From Paraphysomonas bandaiensis (lineage: Eukaryota > Protista > Chrysophyceae), in assembly GCA_965644295.1 (NCBI GenBank), contig CBFFRP010000238.1, positions 62,001-126,000 on the forward strand: 64,000 bases of DNA. Reading direction: 5' to 3'. The position numbers were made by a program, and so were the translations under genes. Every line of letters starts with the position of its first letter. The first letter of the stretch is position 1. The notes beneath the pieces are model-generated. The model had not been told where the DNA came from. It searched no databases and saw only the letters and a program-made list of their open reading frames with translations. Shown here piece by piece: positions 40,750 to 52,900 of this stretch.

Positions 40750-41667
40750 TTATTCCCGTCTTCGATTCCTGGCTAGACGTTCTCGTAGTGAAATAGCATG
40801 TGGAGAACATGGGGATACATCATCGTCGACCTCTACTGTAATTGGTGCGGATTGTACCGGAGGTGATGTCCATTCGTCTTCAGTATCTGAAAGTAATACC
40901 ACACTCTGTCGTCTTCTCCTTGTCGCGGACTGAGTTGGTAAATTATGTGCGGTATCACTTGAACTGATACTACGTGTTGTTGCATTGTATTGTCGGTTTT
41001 CAGCATCTATAAGAGTCTGGTATTGGGCCAGCAATAAGTCCTCATCATCATCAGATTCCAATGACACAACTTCGGCCGCAACAGGATCTCTTCGGAGTGC
41101 AACTCTACGACGTTGGGTTCTTCGGCTTCGTGTCTGCCTTGGCTGTCTCAGGCGCCTTCTAGAACGTAATACAGGGCCGTTATGGGATATAATATGAACA
41201 TCAACATTGTCCATCCACTCATCAACTTCTCCCTCCGTGACACTTTCACCAGAGGTTCCAGCGCTGCTATCATCATACGAACTTCTTCTTCCTTTATTCT
41301 TTACCTTAACTACTTTATTTCCACGCAGACGTTTACCGTTCTTTCCCACTTTCTCGGGTGTTCTAGATGCAGAGATTTTGTGAAACCTTTGCTGACAGAG
41401 CGGGCAACGGTTATTTACTTTACTCCATTGCTGAATACATTCAAAGCAGAACAAATGCTTGCATGAATCTATTGTACCAGTATTCAAGTTTTTCAATTCC
41501 TATAAACCACACTTACAGTGTTGGGGTCAGTGAGAATATACACATACCTCCATGCAAATAGTGCAACAGTCCACATCATCATCTTGATCCGAGGGGACAG
41601 AGATTCCTCTCTTTCGAGCCAATCTCTCTCGAAGTGACAGGACAGTCACCTCTGAATCGAATTCCAT
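40750..41667 (-). CDS. C3HC4 RING E3 ligase with acidic SIM-like motifs (TOPORS/PHRF1-type RING), 2 exons
   Basis: Spliced CTICME/ELKNLNTGTIDSCKHLFCFECIQQWSKVNNRCPLC; basic NLS-like stretches; VVSLESDDDED and VVLLSDTEDE. Confidence 0.85.
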
Positions 41668-42118
41668 AATTATTATGATTGTGGATATCAACCAGAGAAA
41701 TGGAATCCAACGGTCACATTGAGCGATATATGTATGTATTTGTATATGTATATGCAGAGTGTGGCTGTGTGTACGTTCCTACTGCATGTCTTGTACTACA
41801 TGATTGTATGTACTTGTATTGTATGTGTGTATGTACAGCAGTACGTACTGCACAGTATGTACTCTACATGCTAGATGCTTATTTTTGGACTTGTTAAAAA
41901 ATATGTGGACAAATCTAGAAATGTCAGACTTTTACTGTCCTAGAGTGCATGTACACAGCAGCTGCATATGGTGTACTGCAAGTGTGTGGGTCGTACAGCA
42001 GTACATGTATATATATTACAGGGCAGTATTACATTAATAGATGTCGTAAATGTGAGTATGTAGGTAGAATTCTATGCTATAACCCACCAGATCTTCAGTC
42101 AAGTAAATAATCATCCCA

Positions 42119-43421
42119 ATGAATCTCTGGCTTACTGCCAGTGATGCCCTGCAGTCTTTAAATGACTACACTGTCTCATCTCTAACAACACAGCGAGAGA
42201 CTCTTGATCCATCCACTTCATCTGATCCTATTAATGTATATAAAACACTACTTGAAGATGCTCAAATGCAACACTTTCATTTATCAAAACAATTTAGAGA
42301 AATTATTGCTGAAAAAGATACAGAAATTAAGGAATGGAAACGAAGATGTGCAGAAATAAGTGGAGAGGAGGTGGTGGATGACTCCTTTATATATCACGAT
42401 ATGGTAAAATATGAAGCTGAAAATAGATCTCTTAAAGAGACTGTAGAAGAATTAGAAAATGAATTAAAGAGGTGTTATAAGGAGAGAAATGAATCGGAAC
42501 CACTCCGTGTCAGGTCTTTAGAAATGATGGCTGAATGTAAGGACTTGCGAGTGGAATGTGAGCGTCTAAGGCAGGCCTTAGAAAAACAGTCGTTGGCAGC
42601 AGAATCATCTGAGGCTCAATTAACTCGTGAGTTGGAGGAGCTTGCCACCGAATACTCTAAATTGGCTGCTGATGATGAGTTACGCAGTTGTGCCGATGCT
42701 TTGCGAATAAAAGATCTCGAGATTAAGAATGAAGTGCTAACCATCAAAATGCACGCCTTAGAACAGAGTATAAAAGATTTGACGTCTGATGATGCACCAC
42801 CGCAAGAAACGTCACACGATAAAGATACAACCTCTGCTGAAAGCAATAGCGTTGGCAGTGGTGGTGATAGCACGGGAATTGGTGGTATGGACGCGGCGTT
42901 TATTAGAGACCTATTTTATTATGTTAGTGTGGGTAATGTGACCAAGCAAACCGAAGCCCCTACTTCAACTCCGATCAAATCTTCTGCGCTGAATGATAGT
43001 GATCCCAACGTTACGACAGTTTCTCAAGATGGCATCTTCCCACCACCTACGGAAGCAGGTTTCTCAGTGTGTATCGTATGCTCAAGTGTTTATTTGCTCT
43101 TTAATACTGCAGAAACTGCGGAAATGGAGGCTACGCTGGCGCAAATGCACTGTGAAGTATATAACCTGAAGCAAACGGTGCGCCGCTTGGAGGAAGAGAA
43201 AAAACAAACCGAAAGTGCAGGTACTGCATGTTTATACAACTTACTGCGTATATCTGCGCAATATCGAACTGCTGTTTTGCGGAGATTATTCAGTGCTATT
43301 TTTAATGATATGTATTTACTTATTTCGTACAGTCCAGCAATTTTTTGAGCTTCTGTGTAGTTGGGAAAAGTACATCAAAACGGATTTCCCCGCCCTTGCA
43401 GAGCAGTATTTAGATAACTAG
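42119..43421 (+). CDS. Coiled-coil protein of unknown function (3' part probably spliced)
   Basis: Long E/K/L heptad-rich ORF; probable short introns near 42900, 43060 and 43220-43330; last exon QQFFELLCSWEKYIKTDFPALAEQYLDN. Confidence 0.65.
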
Positions 43422-44119
43422 CCAAGCTATGTAACTGGGGAATTAGATGTGTATGAATTAGACACGACCAGACGTGTATGTATGGGGTATTATTAGCCGG
43501 TGTGCATCGCAAATGGGTTTGACAGTATGTGCATGATATGTTGTACATATATAGGCATAGAATAACTGTTGCATATGAACTGTCGAGGCCTAACACCAGT
43601 GTTGTCAGTATTTTTCATTAAATGTCGTGCGAGCAGATGAGTGGAGGAAATTGTCACGTTTTTGTAAAAATTAACCATAGAATTTGAGGGATCGTTAGTA
43701 ATGCACCACTGAAGTACAGGGTATTGCGACGGTACAACTATTAGTCTAATTTGTGTTGATGGATGAATACTTAGAGTAACTGTTCGTTGAACTCACTCAA
43801 TAATTAATTTGCATAATTATAACCAACATCTCTTATCTTTCATTGTCGTTCACTATATTTATATTCTCATTACTACCAATCAATGTTATCAGATCTTCTA
43901 TAGTCGTGATGTATATATGAGTACTTTTAAGTTAAAGCTAATGAATATGACAGTATCAACAAACGTATTATATAGTCATAAATCGATTTTTTAGTATTGT
44001 TGCTTGTCACATCTCTCAGTAGTGGCTTATTTATCTGAGTCTTCATATTACCTTGATCTGGTAAATACGTTTGGGGATAAGTACGGCAGTGGTAACTATT
44101 ATCGCATGAGCACAGTTAT

Positions 44120-44464
44120 TGTTAGCTTTGGACATTTCACTGAAGTTAACTTTGCTCTACACGTAAACCGTAAACCTTGCTGTTGAACACAATGCACTTT
44201 CAAGTAAGAAATTATAATTATTATTCTGAACACTTCACTACATATTCGTGTAACATATGTTGAAACATCTGTTCCCAGCAACACCTGTTTATCATATGTT
44301 CATCAGTCAGTTCTATATCTTGTATAGTCACACATCAGTAACTGAATTTAATTCCTTTGTAACTATAATCACCCGTTACACCTATGAGTTGACTTTACCT
44401 ATTGCACACTGTTAACTCACTTCAATTGCACAATATATATCACATCATATTGCAGAACTCAACA
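44120..44464 (-). repeat. 3' LTR (345 bp)
   Basis: tgttagctttgg...gcagaactcaaca, adjacent to the PPT (44465-44472). Confidence 0.95.
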
Positions 44465-44608
44465 CTCCCACTCAATTGGATGTAGTTAACCATTCTAAAA
44501 TATGTGAAGAACATTGCTATCGGATACGCAACCACCGAACCTCATAGGACACTGGTGGACGTATGACTCCGCTGGTATAGCTAGCTCCCACCATTCAGTA
44601 ACACCTAA

Positions 44609-45550
44609 CTAGGTACGACGAGCTCTCTTTACCTTGGGTACCTCTGCGATAATTTGTTCAGTAGTCTTAAATTTTTCCCCAAGATTTCGCTCCCTCTGTT
44701 CAATGAATATTGGACCTCTCAAAGCCTTGGTATATATATCAGCCATCTGTTGTCGACTGCTCACATGAATTAATTTCGCTGTATTAAACTGTTCGGGATC
44801 CACATGCTCTCTAATCATATGATACTTAATCTCAATATGTTTCGATCGTTGATGTTGCACTGGATTTTCCGATATATCCTGAGCACTTTGACTATCCAGG
44901 AATAATGGTGTGGGCTCGTCAATTTTCAATCCTACTTCACCAGTCACCCCCCGAGACCATATCATTTCCTGTAATCCATTATATAAGCATTGATACTCTG
45001 CTTGCATAGTCGATGTAGCTACAGTAGACTGAAGTTTGGAACCCCACGATAGTGGTCCACCAGCTCCAAACATAACATAACCTGAAGTTGATCTCCTCGT
45101 CAACGGATCGCCTGCCCAGTCAGCATCGGTGAACATATGAAGATCAAAATCTCTCCCTCTATAATGAATGCCTTTATCTGTAGTACCTCGTACATACTGC
45201 ATTAAATACATCAGGAGCTTACATACAGTGATATTAACTTTCGTTGAGAATCGTGACAATACTCCCACTGCATATGAGATATCCGGCCTTGTATTCATAG
45301 ATAAATAGAGTAACGCTCCTAGGAGTGGACGATAGGGAAAATTATCAACTAACTTCTGCTCCTCAGCTGAATACACATGTTCCACTCCCACTTTGACATC
45401 ACTAGGTAGTGGGTATAGCCGCGTCTTGTCCCTTGCACCCAGAAAATCCACATACTTCACCAATATCTTTTTGATGAACACTGTCTGGTCAAGTTTGAGA
45501 CAATTCGGAGTTCTCGTCACTCTCACGTTCAAAAAACTGGCCACTCTCAT
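44609..45550 (-). pseudogene. Copia pol remnant: RT C-terminus plus RNase H (open frame; upstream RT core broken)
   Basis: YRPLLGALLYL..TRPDISYAVGVLSRF, FTDADWAGD..RRSTSGY, RSKHIEIKYHMIRE, QMADIYTKAL. Confidence 0.92.
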
Positions 45551-46788
45551 TCATATCTGTAATATCAAACCTTTCACATACTCGTCGCTTAATTTCCAAA
45601 ATAATATTCGTATCTCGACATGCTCTCAGCATATTATCATCATGACTGTGGTGAGCTTCGAAGACCATATAAACTTTTCTTCAGTTTAAAGCAATATCCT
45701 GGTGGCAATTTGAAATCTGCTGGTGTTGCATACTTATACACACATCTCCTTTTATATCTGCATATACAAGAATGCATTAGATACGTCGAGTTGATGCACC
45801 ACCATATTCATAACAAACGCGATAGCTAATAGCAATCTTACTGTTACCGCTTTTACCACTGGAGTATAATTGTTGGCTCTACCAACCTCATGGCCTCCGC
45901 ATCCAAGTACCACAAGTCTTGCTTTCTATCGTGGAATCGCACCCTCCTTGTTGCGTTTCAAAGCAAAGACATACTCAGGATTCCAATTGCAGTGACACTG
46001 GGGTAGGGATGATGGGCTTAACTTCCATTACTTCCCTTCGTTCCAGTCTGTCACGCTCAGCCTGTCTTGCTGTCAATGGAGTGACACTGGGGTAGGTATG
46101 GGCTTAACTTCCATTACTTCCCTTCGTTCCAGTTCGTCACATTCAGCCTGGCTGAACTCCATTGCTTCCGTTCCGGCAACTCCAAGGATTCGGAATATGT
46201 CTGAGGCACCTTAGGTCCCGCTGACGAGCACCAGATGGAATCTGCCTCCTCTAGTAGGCTGCACTCCACTTCGTCACACGAAGGTAATACGTGCTTCTCC
46301 CCTACTACTGACACATTCGTCACCACCCTTGGAGCCCTTGTGCGCCTGCCCCTAGTTGAGCGATCTGATGGAGCTTCCTCTCCCGGAGTACTTACGAAGT
46401 CAGAAGGGGATGGAACCGTCCCAGTCAACTGCTGTAATAAATGTCCGCTGGTCCCGTCGTCACGAGATCCAGAACTAGCAGATACTCTTGTCACAAGGTC
46501 TTCACTCATCCGCGATGATGTGAATAGGAGTCTTAACTTCCAGTTGCTCCTCACCACCTGACATCAGGGATCTATATCCCACAGTTAGACCTCTTTCCGA
46601 ATCTATATTCGCGTGGTCTTGTTGTACAGTTGGCCGCCATCTTCACATGGGTTTTGTCGATAACACTCCTCCCTGAGGAACCACTGCCACCGTGGCTTAG
46701 TCCATTTCTCGGTAGTAATCAGCCGATCTCTAGGGCACTGATACATCAAACAGGACATGAACAGACGTGACTATTGTATCTCCTACTA

Positions 46789-46971
46789 TCAACACTTGAT
46801 ACCCCATCTGCTCGTTGGGAAACCCACAAAATATCCTGTTTGTGCCTTTTCCTCCCAGTCTTTCCGTCTATCGGCCTTCGGGACTAATACATACGCCTTG
46901 CACCCCCATTTCCTCTCAACCAGGATAACTCGGGCACCTTTCCTCCCAGGAACACACTCATAAGGCAACAT
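46789..46971 (-). pseudogene. Copia integrase C-terminal/SH3-like remnant
   Basis: PYE..PG...WGCKAYVLVPKADRRKDWEEKAQTGYFVGF. Confidence 0.8.
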
Positions 46972-47943
46972 CCACTAACTTTACTGTCCTCCTTGGCATT
47001 TTCCTCCATTACATGATGGCATGATGACGTAATAATAGGCTAATTCAAAACGTCATAATATTATATAGTGCCTCCCATGGCATTCCTCCATGCTCATCAT
47101 AGTCTCCAGCCAGCACCTCTCTACCAGTGTTTAACTCTACAATTCTCGGTACTCTAAGTAGTTCCAATCCACACACCAGTGCCCGCAGCATTCCGCCTGA
47201 GACAATATTCTTCACCGCATCTTCACATACTTTGATGCCTTCTCTTTTGCCAGTGTTGAAAGCTTCCTACTCCTTGAGTCTCCATTGCTGACCCCTTCTT
47301 CGTCAGAGATATGACTCCTGGCTCTGCTTCATATTTCTCTAGCACTCTATGATCTTTAACAACAATGAATAGCTGCTTTCCGGCACAACTGCCTAGATAC
47401 ACTCGTTGGTCTACTGTTTCAGTCATAAGCACTTCACCATCTATCATATTGGACTCCCCTCCAGATGAGACATCATCATCTTCATATTAGCACCATTCCG
47501 CCGATGAACTCTGTCTCTGTCTCTGTTCATGTGTATGTTCAGCACTCTCTGCTCGTTAACTATGAACAGCTGCACTGCTCTGCTGCTCTGCTCAGTGTAC
47601 AAGGCAGTTTTAGTAGAAAATACATTTCAGCCTATCAATCTCTATTTCGACCATATCATTGGCCAATATTTACAAGCTGGTATTTCGCTGTAGTCTTTTG
47701 GAGTACTACTCCCAACTCACTCCTAGACCTATCCACAAGCGTTTGAAGCATATGATTGGACAAAACCTCCTTATTCGGATCATCGTCTGGTAGTCGCCTC
47801 CATGTATCGGCTGGCACCCTCCAATACATCTGCGTCATGTTCACATGCCTCCCAAATCGTTACAACACACGTGTCGTTTCACTTGTCAAACTTCAGCACC
47901 TTGCTGTCCTCCTTCGCCTCATCAGAGCTACCACTCGCTACCA

Positions 47944-48287
47944 TGTTAGCTTTGGACATTTCACTGAAGTTAACTTTGCTCTACGCGTAAACCGTAACCT
48001 TGCTGTTGAACACAATGCACTTTCAAGTAAGTAATTATAATTATTATTCTGAACACTTCACTACATATTCGTGTAACATATGTTGAAACATCTGTTCCCA
48101 GCAACACCTGTTTATCATATGTTCATCAGTCAGTTCTATATCTTGTATAGTCACACATCAGTAACTGAATTTAATTCCTTTGTAACTATAATCACCCGTT
48201 ACACCTATGAGTTGACTTTACCTATTGCACACTGTTAACTCACTTCAATTGCACAATATATATCACATCATATTGCAGAACTCAACA
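47944..48287 (-). repeat. 5' LTR (344 bp)
   Basis: Near-identical to 44120-44464; followed on the minus strand by the PBS-like TGGTAGCGAG. Confidence 0.95.
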
Positions 48288-49163
48288 GTTATAGACAGGT
48301 AATATTCTGCCAACTCTTTGCATCATGCTCGTGTGCAAGGAACAAAAAATATGTGTTCATTTTCTAAACTGGTAAGGGCCTTGACGAATAAGCATGCATC
48401 CGTAAATATCAGTATGAGTCATTCATGGTATTGGACAGGTTGCTGTATCCACTTATAAGATATATATAAATTATATTCGAAGTAAGTAACTGAATTTGCG
48501 AACAACACACCCTCAAATAAAACTGTGATAGACATTTCTCAGCAGTGCTGTTTTTATCACACAATTATTATTTAGAAGTTCATAAAATGTAGTCATGTAC
48601 TTTGAGCAACGATTACAATTCTAAACCTTGAAATGCTTACAAATAATCACAACGGAACAACCTATTGAAGTTTAATAGCATCCACTAAGTCATATATATT
48701 AAGGACTTAAGTCTTGAATTCAGCATTGCCGCGCATTTGCTTCGATACCGAGAGAATAATTACTCTCTTCTTCTGCAGAGGGCATGTGCTTCAATGATTC
48801 ATACAACGACGGTTACATATAAGTTCTTGTGGTCATTAAATATATATCATAATATTATACTATGAGAGAAGTATATATGTGTCCATACCGAGATATGTGA
48901 GTGCACAATAAGAAACCTCACAGAGGTCCGTTTAGCTTGAGTGTTACACCTCTGTTGTATACTTCAAATACATTCTTGTACATTTCGTTTATGTAATATA
49001 TATGTTCAATCGCCCTCAACAAAGTCGGACATCCACTTTTCGTGGTGTTCTGGGGGATAAGTGCGGGAGATATTTTTCCGGGAAGCTAACATGAGCCGCA
49101 TAAATATGTCAGCTGATAATTCTCTGTCCACTCATGTCCAAATGCTTGTGTGGTACACTAAGT

Positions 49164-49263
49164 AGTGTCACTTGTGTAGTCGTCTTTGGGCTTTGACGAA
49201 AAAACAGGCATCCGGGGTATTGGGCTGCCTACTGAAGTCAAGCATCCGGGCTAGTTCACCTTA
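49164..49263 (-). repeat. Interspersed repeat copy B, ending at ...GTTCACC|TTAA
   Basis: Reverse-complement match to 27946-28071. Confidence 0.75.
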
Positions 49264-49957
49264 AGTGATTGCGCCTTGGTGCTTGCAGTGACGCACATGC
49301 AGCTTTCGTAGCGTTAAATAGTAGAATATCAGAGTTAAGCACTAGTTAGGCAAAATCCTTTTGCTACACTAGTTCTGACTTTTGGTGATAATCAGACATT
49401 CACTACTACTGTTCATTGGCCTTAATACTAGCCACACACTGTGAAGACAGTTTTACACATGATAAATAATAACCATCCACCATCCATCAATCAAGACAAA
49501 CCTGATTACGATTTTATATATAGAGGTTTCATAATCGCGATATATACTATTGATTCATTGCTGGTTAAGTTTCTTTCAGTGATTTGATGTTCCAGTCTAC
49601 TTTGTGAGACACTCACAAAGAAACGGAATAACTATATAAGATTTAAGAGTTAAGAGTGGGCAAGCTATGTTGGCAGCTGATGTATAGCTACTTGATAACG
49701 TATTTTCAATTCATTGGGACAGCAAATAATAATTGCAATTATAATTGCCTACAACCTGCTCCATGAACTAATATATGAACTGACAGACCATTGTTACGCA
49801 TCCCTGCTTATCAGCAGCGATTGGAGCTTACAAACCTAGTAGCCTCGGTGTCGTCAGAGTATATTTATGAAATGACTACATTACTTATCAATATATACGT
49901 ATCATTAGGTTGCACTGCTTCAATGAAGCACAATAGAAACACACACTAACGAGTCCG

Positions 49958-52900
49958 TCACTGTGACGACTCATACATACTGTCATCCATGCTCTCCATA
50001 TCATCCTGAGCATCGGAACACGTTATGGATAGAGTTAAAATGCTTCCCGAGGGAGTTGTCTCGTCTCCACGCAAGAACTCTACCCGCATGATATTTCCCT
50101 TGTGAGTGATTAGTTCGCCATACCGCAGGTCACACACAGCGAGCACTTGCGATTGACCATCCGCACGTCTAACTATCTGAATTCGGCAAGCGCGAACATC
50201 TGCGCTAGTGGAGCGATTCGTTACAATAACATCGCGAGACTTCAGCTTCAGGACACCGTGAATGAATTCAGCACGCTCGATCTCATAAATACCAGTCTCA
50301 CATATAATTTGGCAGGTAGTTGAAGTTAAATCTGAACTCTGAATAGTGGATGATATGTTCTCAATATTATTTAGTTGGATGACCACAGATTTGATTACTT
50401 CATTATCCATATGCGCTATCACCCCCGAGTCTTCCGTGAGAGTGTCTGATGCGCAGCTACCAGAATCATCCACAGTAGAGGACTTGCCCTTTCGTCTTCT
50501 AGAAGACCTCGTTTTTGTCTCACGCCGACTTCTCGACCTCCTAGAAATATTCGACGAATTGTCATCACTTACAGTCACAGTCACATCCTGGACAGAAAGC
50601 TGCATGTCATCTTCCGAATTCGTCTGGATAACAGAGACCGCAATCTTGTCCAGAGTATCCCCGATTTCAGTCTGCAGTTGAGATAGTTTCAAGTAAAGGG
50701 ATTTCTCGACAGCAGTGATATCGCTTTTGACTTCATTGCGCATGTCCTCTTCGACACTTTTGGCTAGATCCAACCTCATTGCTTTATTCATGGGAAACCA
50801 TCCAATATCATTCATTGCCACACTGCGTCTAACATACTGCTCTAATCCATCGTCATCATCCTTGTCTTGCTCCCATATATAAAATATGAAATACAAATAA
50901 TTCCACATGTTGTGATCGAGACGAATGTGTATTTTGAACCCATTAGGAACCTTTGAAGCGCGATCGAAAACCTGTTTGTCGATACCGCACATGAAACACT
51001 TCTCCGTCGTATCATGTTGACGCTCAAGTTTCTTCGCACGTAAGTCACCAAACGTATCGATGATGATACCAAAGATAACATTCAGCAAGACAATCAGCAC
51101 TACCAGGAAAAACATAAGATCGATTAAATATCTCTCGCCCAATGTGTGAGTCATTTGATCTCCAATTCCACCTGGTAGACGAACCCCATAACTCATAGTT
51201 GTCTTCAGGCACTTATACAAATTTTCACAATCACTAATAACCTCCTCTTGCATTTCATTTCTAAAAAAGAAGAACTGCACAAATATGTTAGGCACATGTG
51301 CAGGCAATTATAAGGGTGCTACTTACAATAACAAACGCAAAGATGTACATTACGAAGAGACCGAGCACCAATGTCATCGCCAATTGCTTTCGCGGATATA
51401 TGACAGCATTCAATACATCGCGCGTGGTTGAATTCTTGACAATGATGTCCAGTAACAAGAATGTAACAAACGTGTCACTATAATTGATTGCCAGGAGACA
51501 GAATATTAAATACATAAAGTAGTACATCGTAAGACCATCAGTCGCTGTGTTGATGACTGTCCACGTTTTACTATATCCCGCGGCGAGATTCGACTGATAC
51601 TTGACTGGAACTCGCACGACAAGAAATAATATTAACGTAAACGTGGCGAACACGAGCTGAAAAATATTTAAAGCGCGGACAACAATCTGCACCTCGCGTG
51701 GCAACTTGGGTTCTCCAGAGCTTGCAGAGTAATAGCACAGCAAAAGAAAATTAATAATCAGCGCCAGAAAAAATGCAATCCACGTGGCTCGATTTTGATT
51801 TGTGCGGCTAAAAATTCCACTGACGTTCCACTCTTTCAGCACTTGTTGGTGCTTTACCTCTCGGTACAAGTCATGTGCCCGAAAAACAAAGTCCTGTAGC
51901 TTGCTCTCCAGGTTACTTCTGTCCACATTCTCAACGAGGTTATCTTTGGAAGGCTTAGCGAGGTCACGGCATATATCTGGAACATGGAAGAAGCGCCTTT
52001 GTAGTTCTCCTCTCCATAATATCTCTACACACGCCACAGATGACCCTGCAACATCCTGGGCATCTTTTTGAAGGCCAAGTTCATCACGGAGGCTGGGTTT
52101 GTAGTCGCAGAGCATCTGAAGAAGCACAAGAGACTCCGTCTGCAGAGTTGCGGCTGCTTCTCCCAGTTCTACAGCAACGTCTTCATCATCCACAGTTGGA
52201 GTACACATCATCTGGATAATGTCCAAGTGAATCACACTGAGCACTCGTTCGTACACAACTTGATTTCCACCCTGCCCCTCCAGAAGTCCTTGGAAGATAT
52301 CGATCCCCGTTTTTTTCAACTCGAATTCGGCCTCTTCGTCACAATCACGTATTGGTTTCGCTCTCATGAGACGATTAAGAGTTTCAACTAGTTCTGTATT
52401 TAACACAAAATGTTCTTGATTTTTTTCACATGGTCCTTGTATTACTTCCAAAATTGTGGCAGAAATTCTCGTGGCAGCATCTGTGTTAGTCTTACAAGGT
52501 ATACGGCTAAGGCAATTCAAAAATGCCACGAAATCATCGAGCAGGTTAACAGAAGTAGGATTACAAGTTTGCTCACGCATGATGTCCTGGTTGGGCTGAT
52601 AGTGCCCCTCACACATCAACTGTAGAAACCTGACTATAATAATATCCTCGGGCAGCTCAACATCCTCATCCTCTTCGAGAATTATAACATCTTTCCAGTT
52701 GTGCCACTCAATAAGCTTTTGGATCGATATACGCATCTGACGGAAAAACAACTCCGAGTTGGAACCCTGCAGGTGATTGAACATTGTCTGTTGGACAGGG
52801 AGGTTGCCACCCTCCAGAAACAACATCGCCACACACAGTTTTACAGACTCAAGCATAAGCCCCGAATCGATGCCAATTGATATCAAATCCAAACAAAGAG

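Larger units (their letters stand above)
44120..48287 (-). mobile_element. Ty1/copia LTR retrotransposon, internally deleted and degenerate, with 5-bp TSD GTTAT
   Basis: TG...CA LTRs at 44120-44464 and 47944-48287; GTTAT on both flanks (44115-44119, 48288-48292); PBS-like TGGTAGCGAG; PPT AGTGGGAG; copia domain order (integrase before RT/RNase H). Confidence 0.96.
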
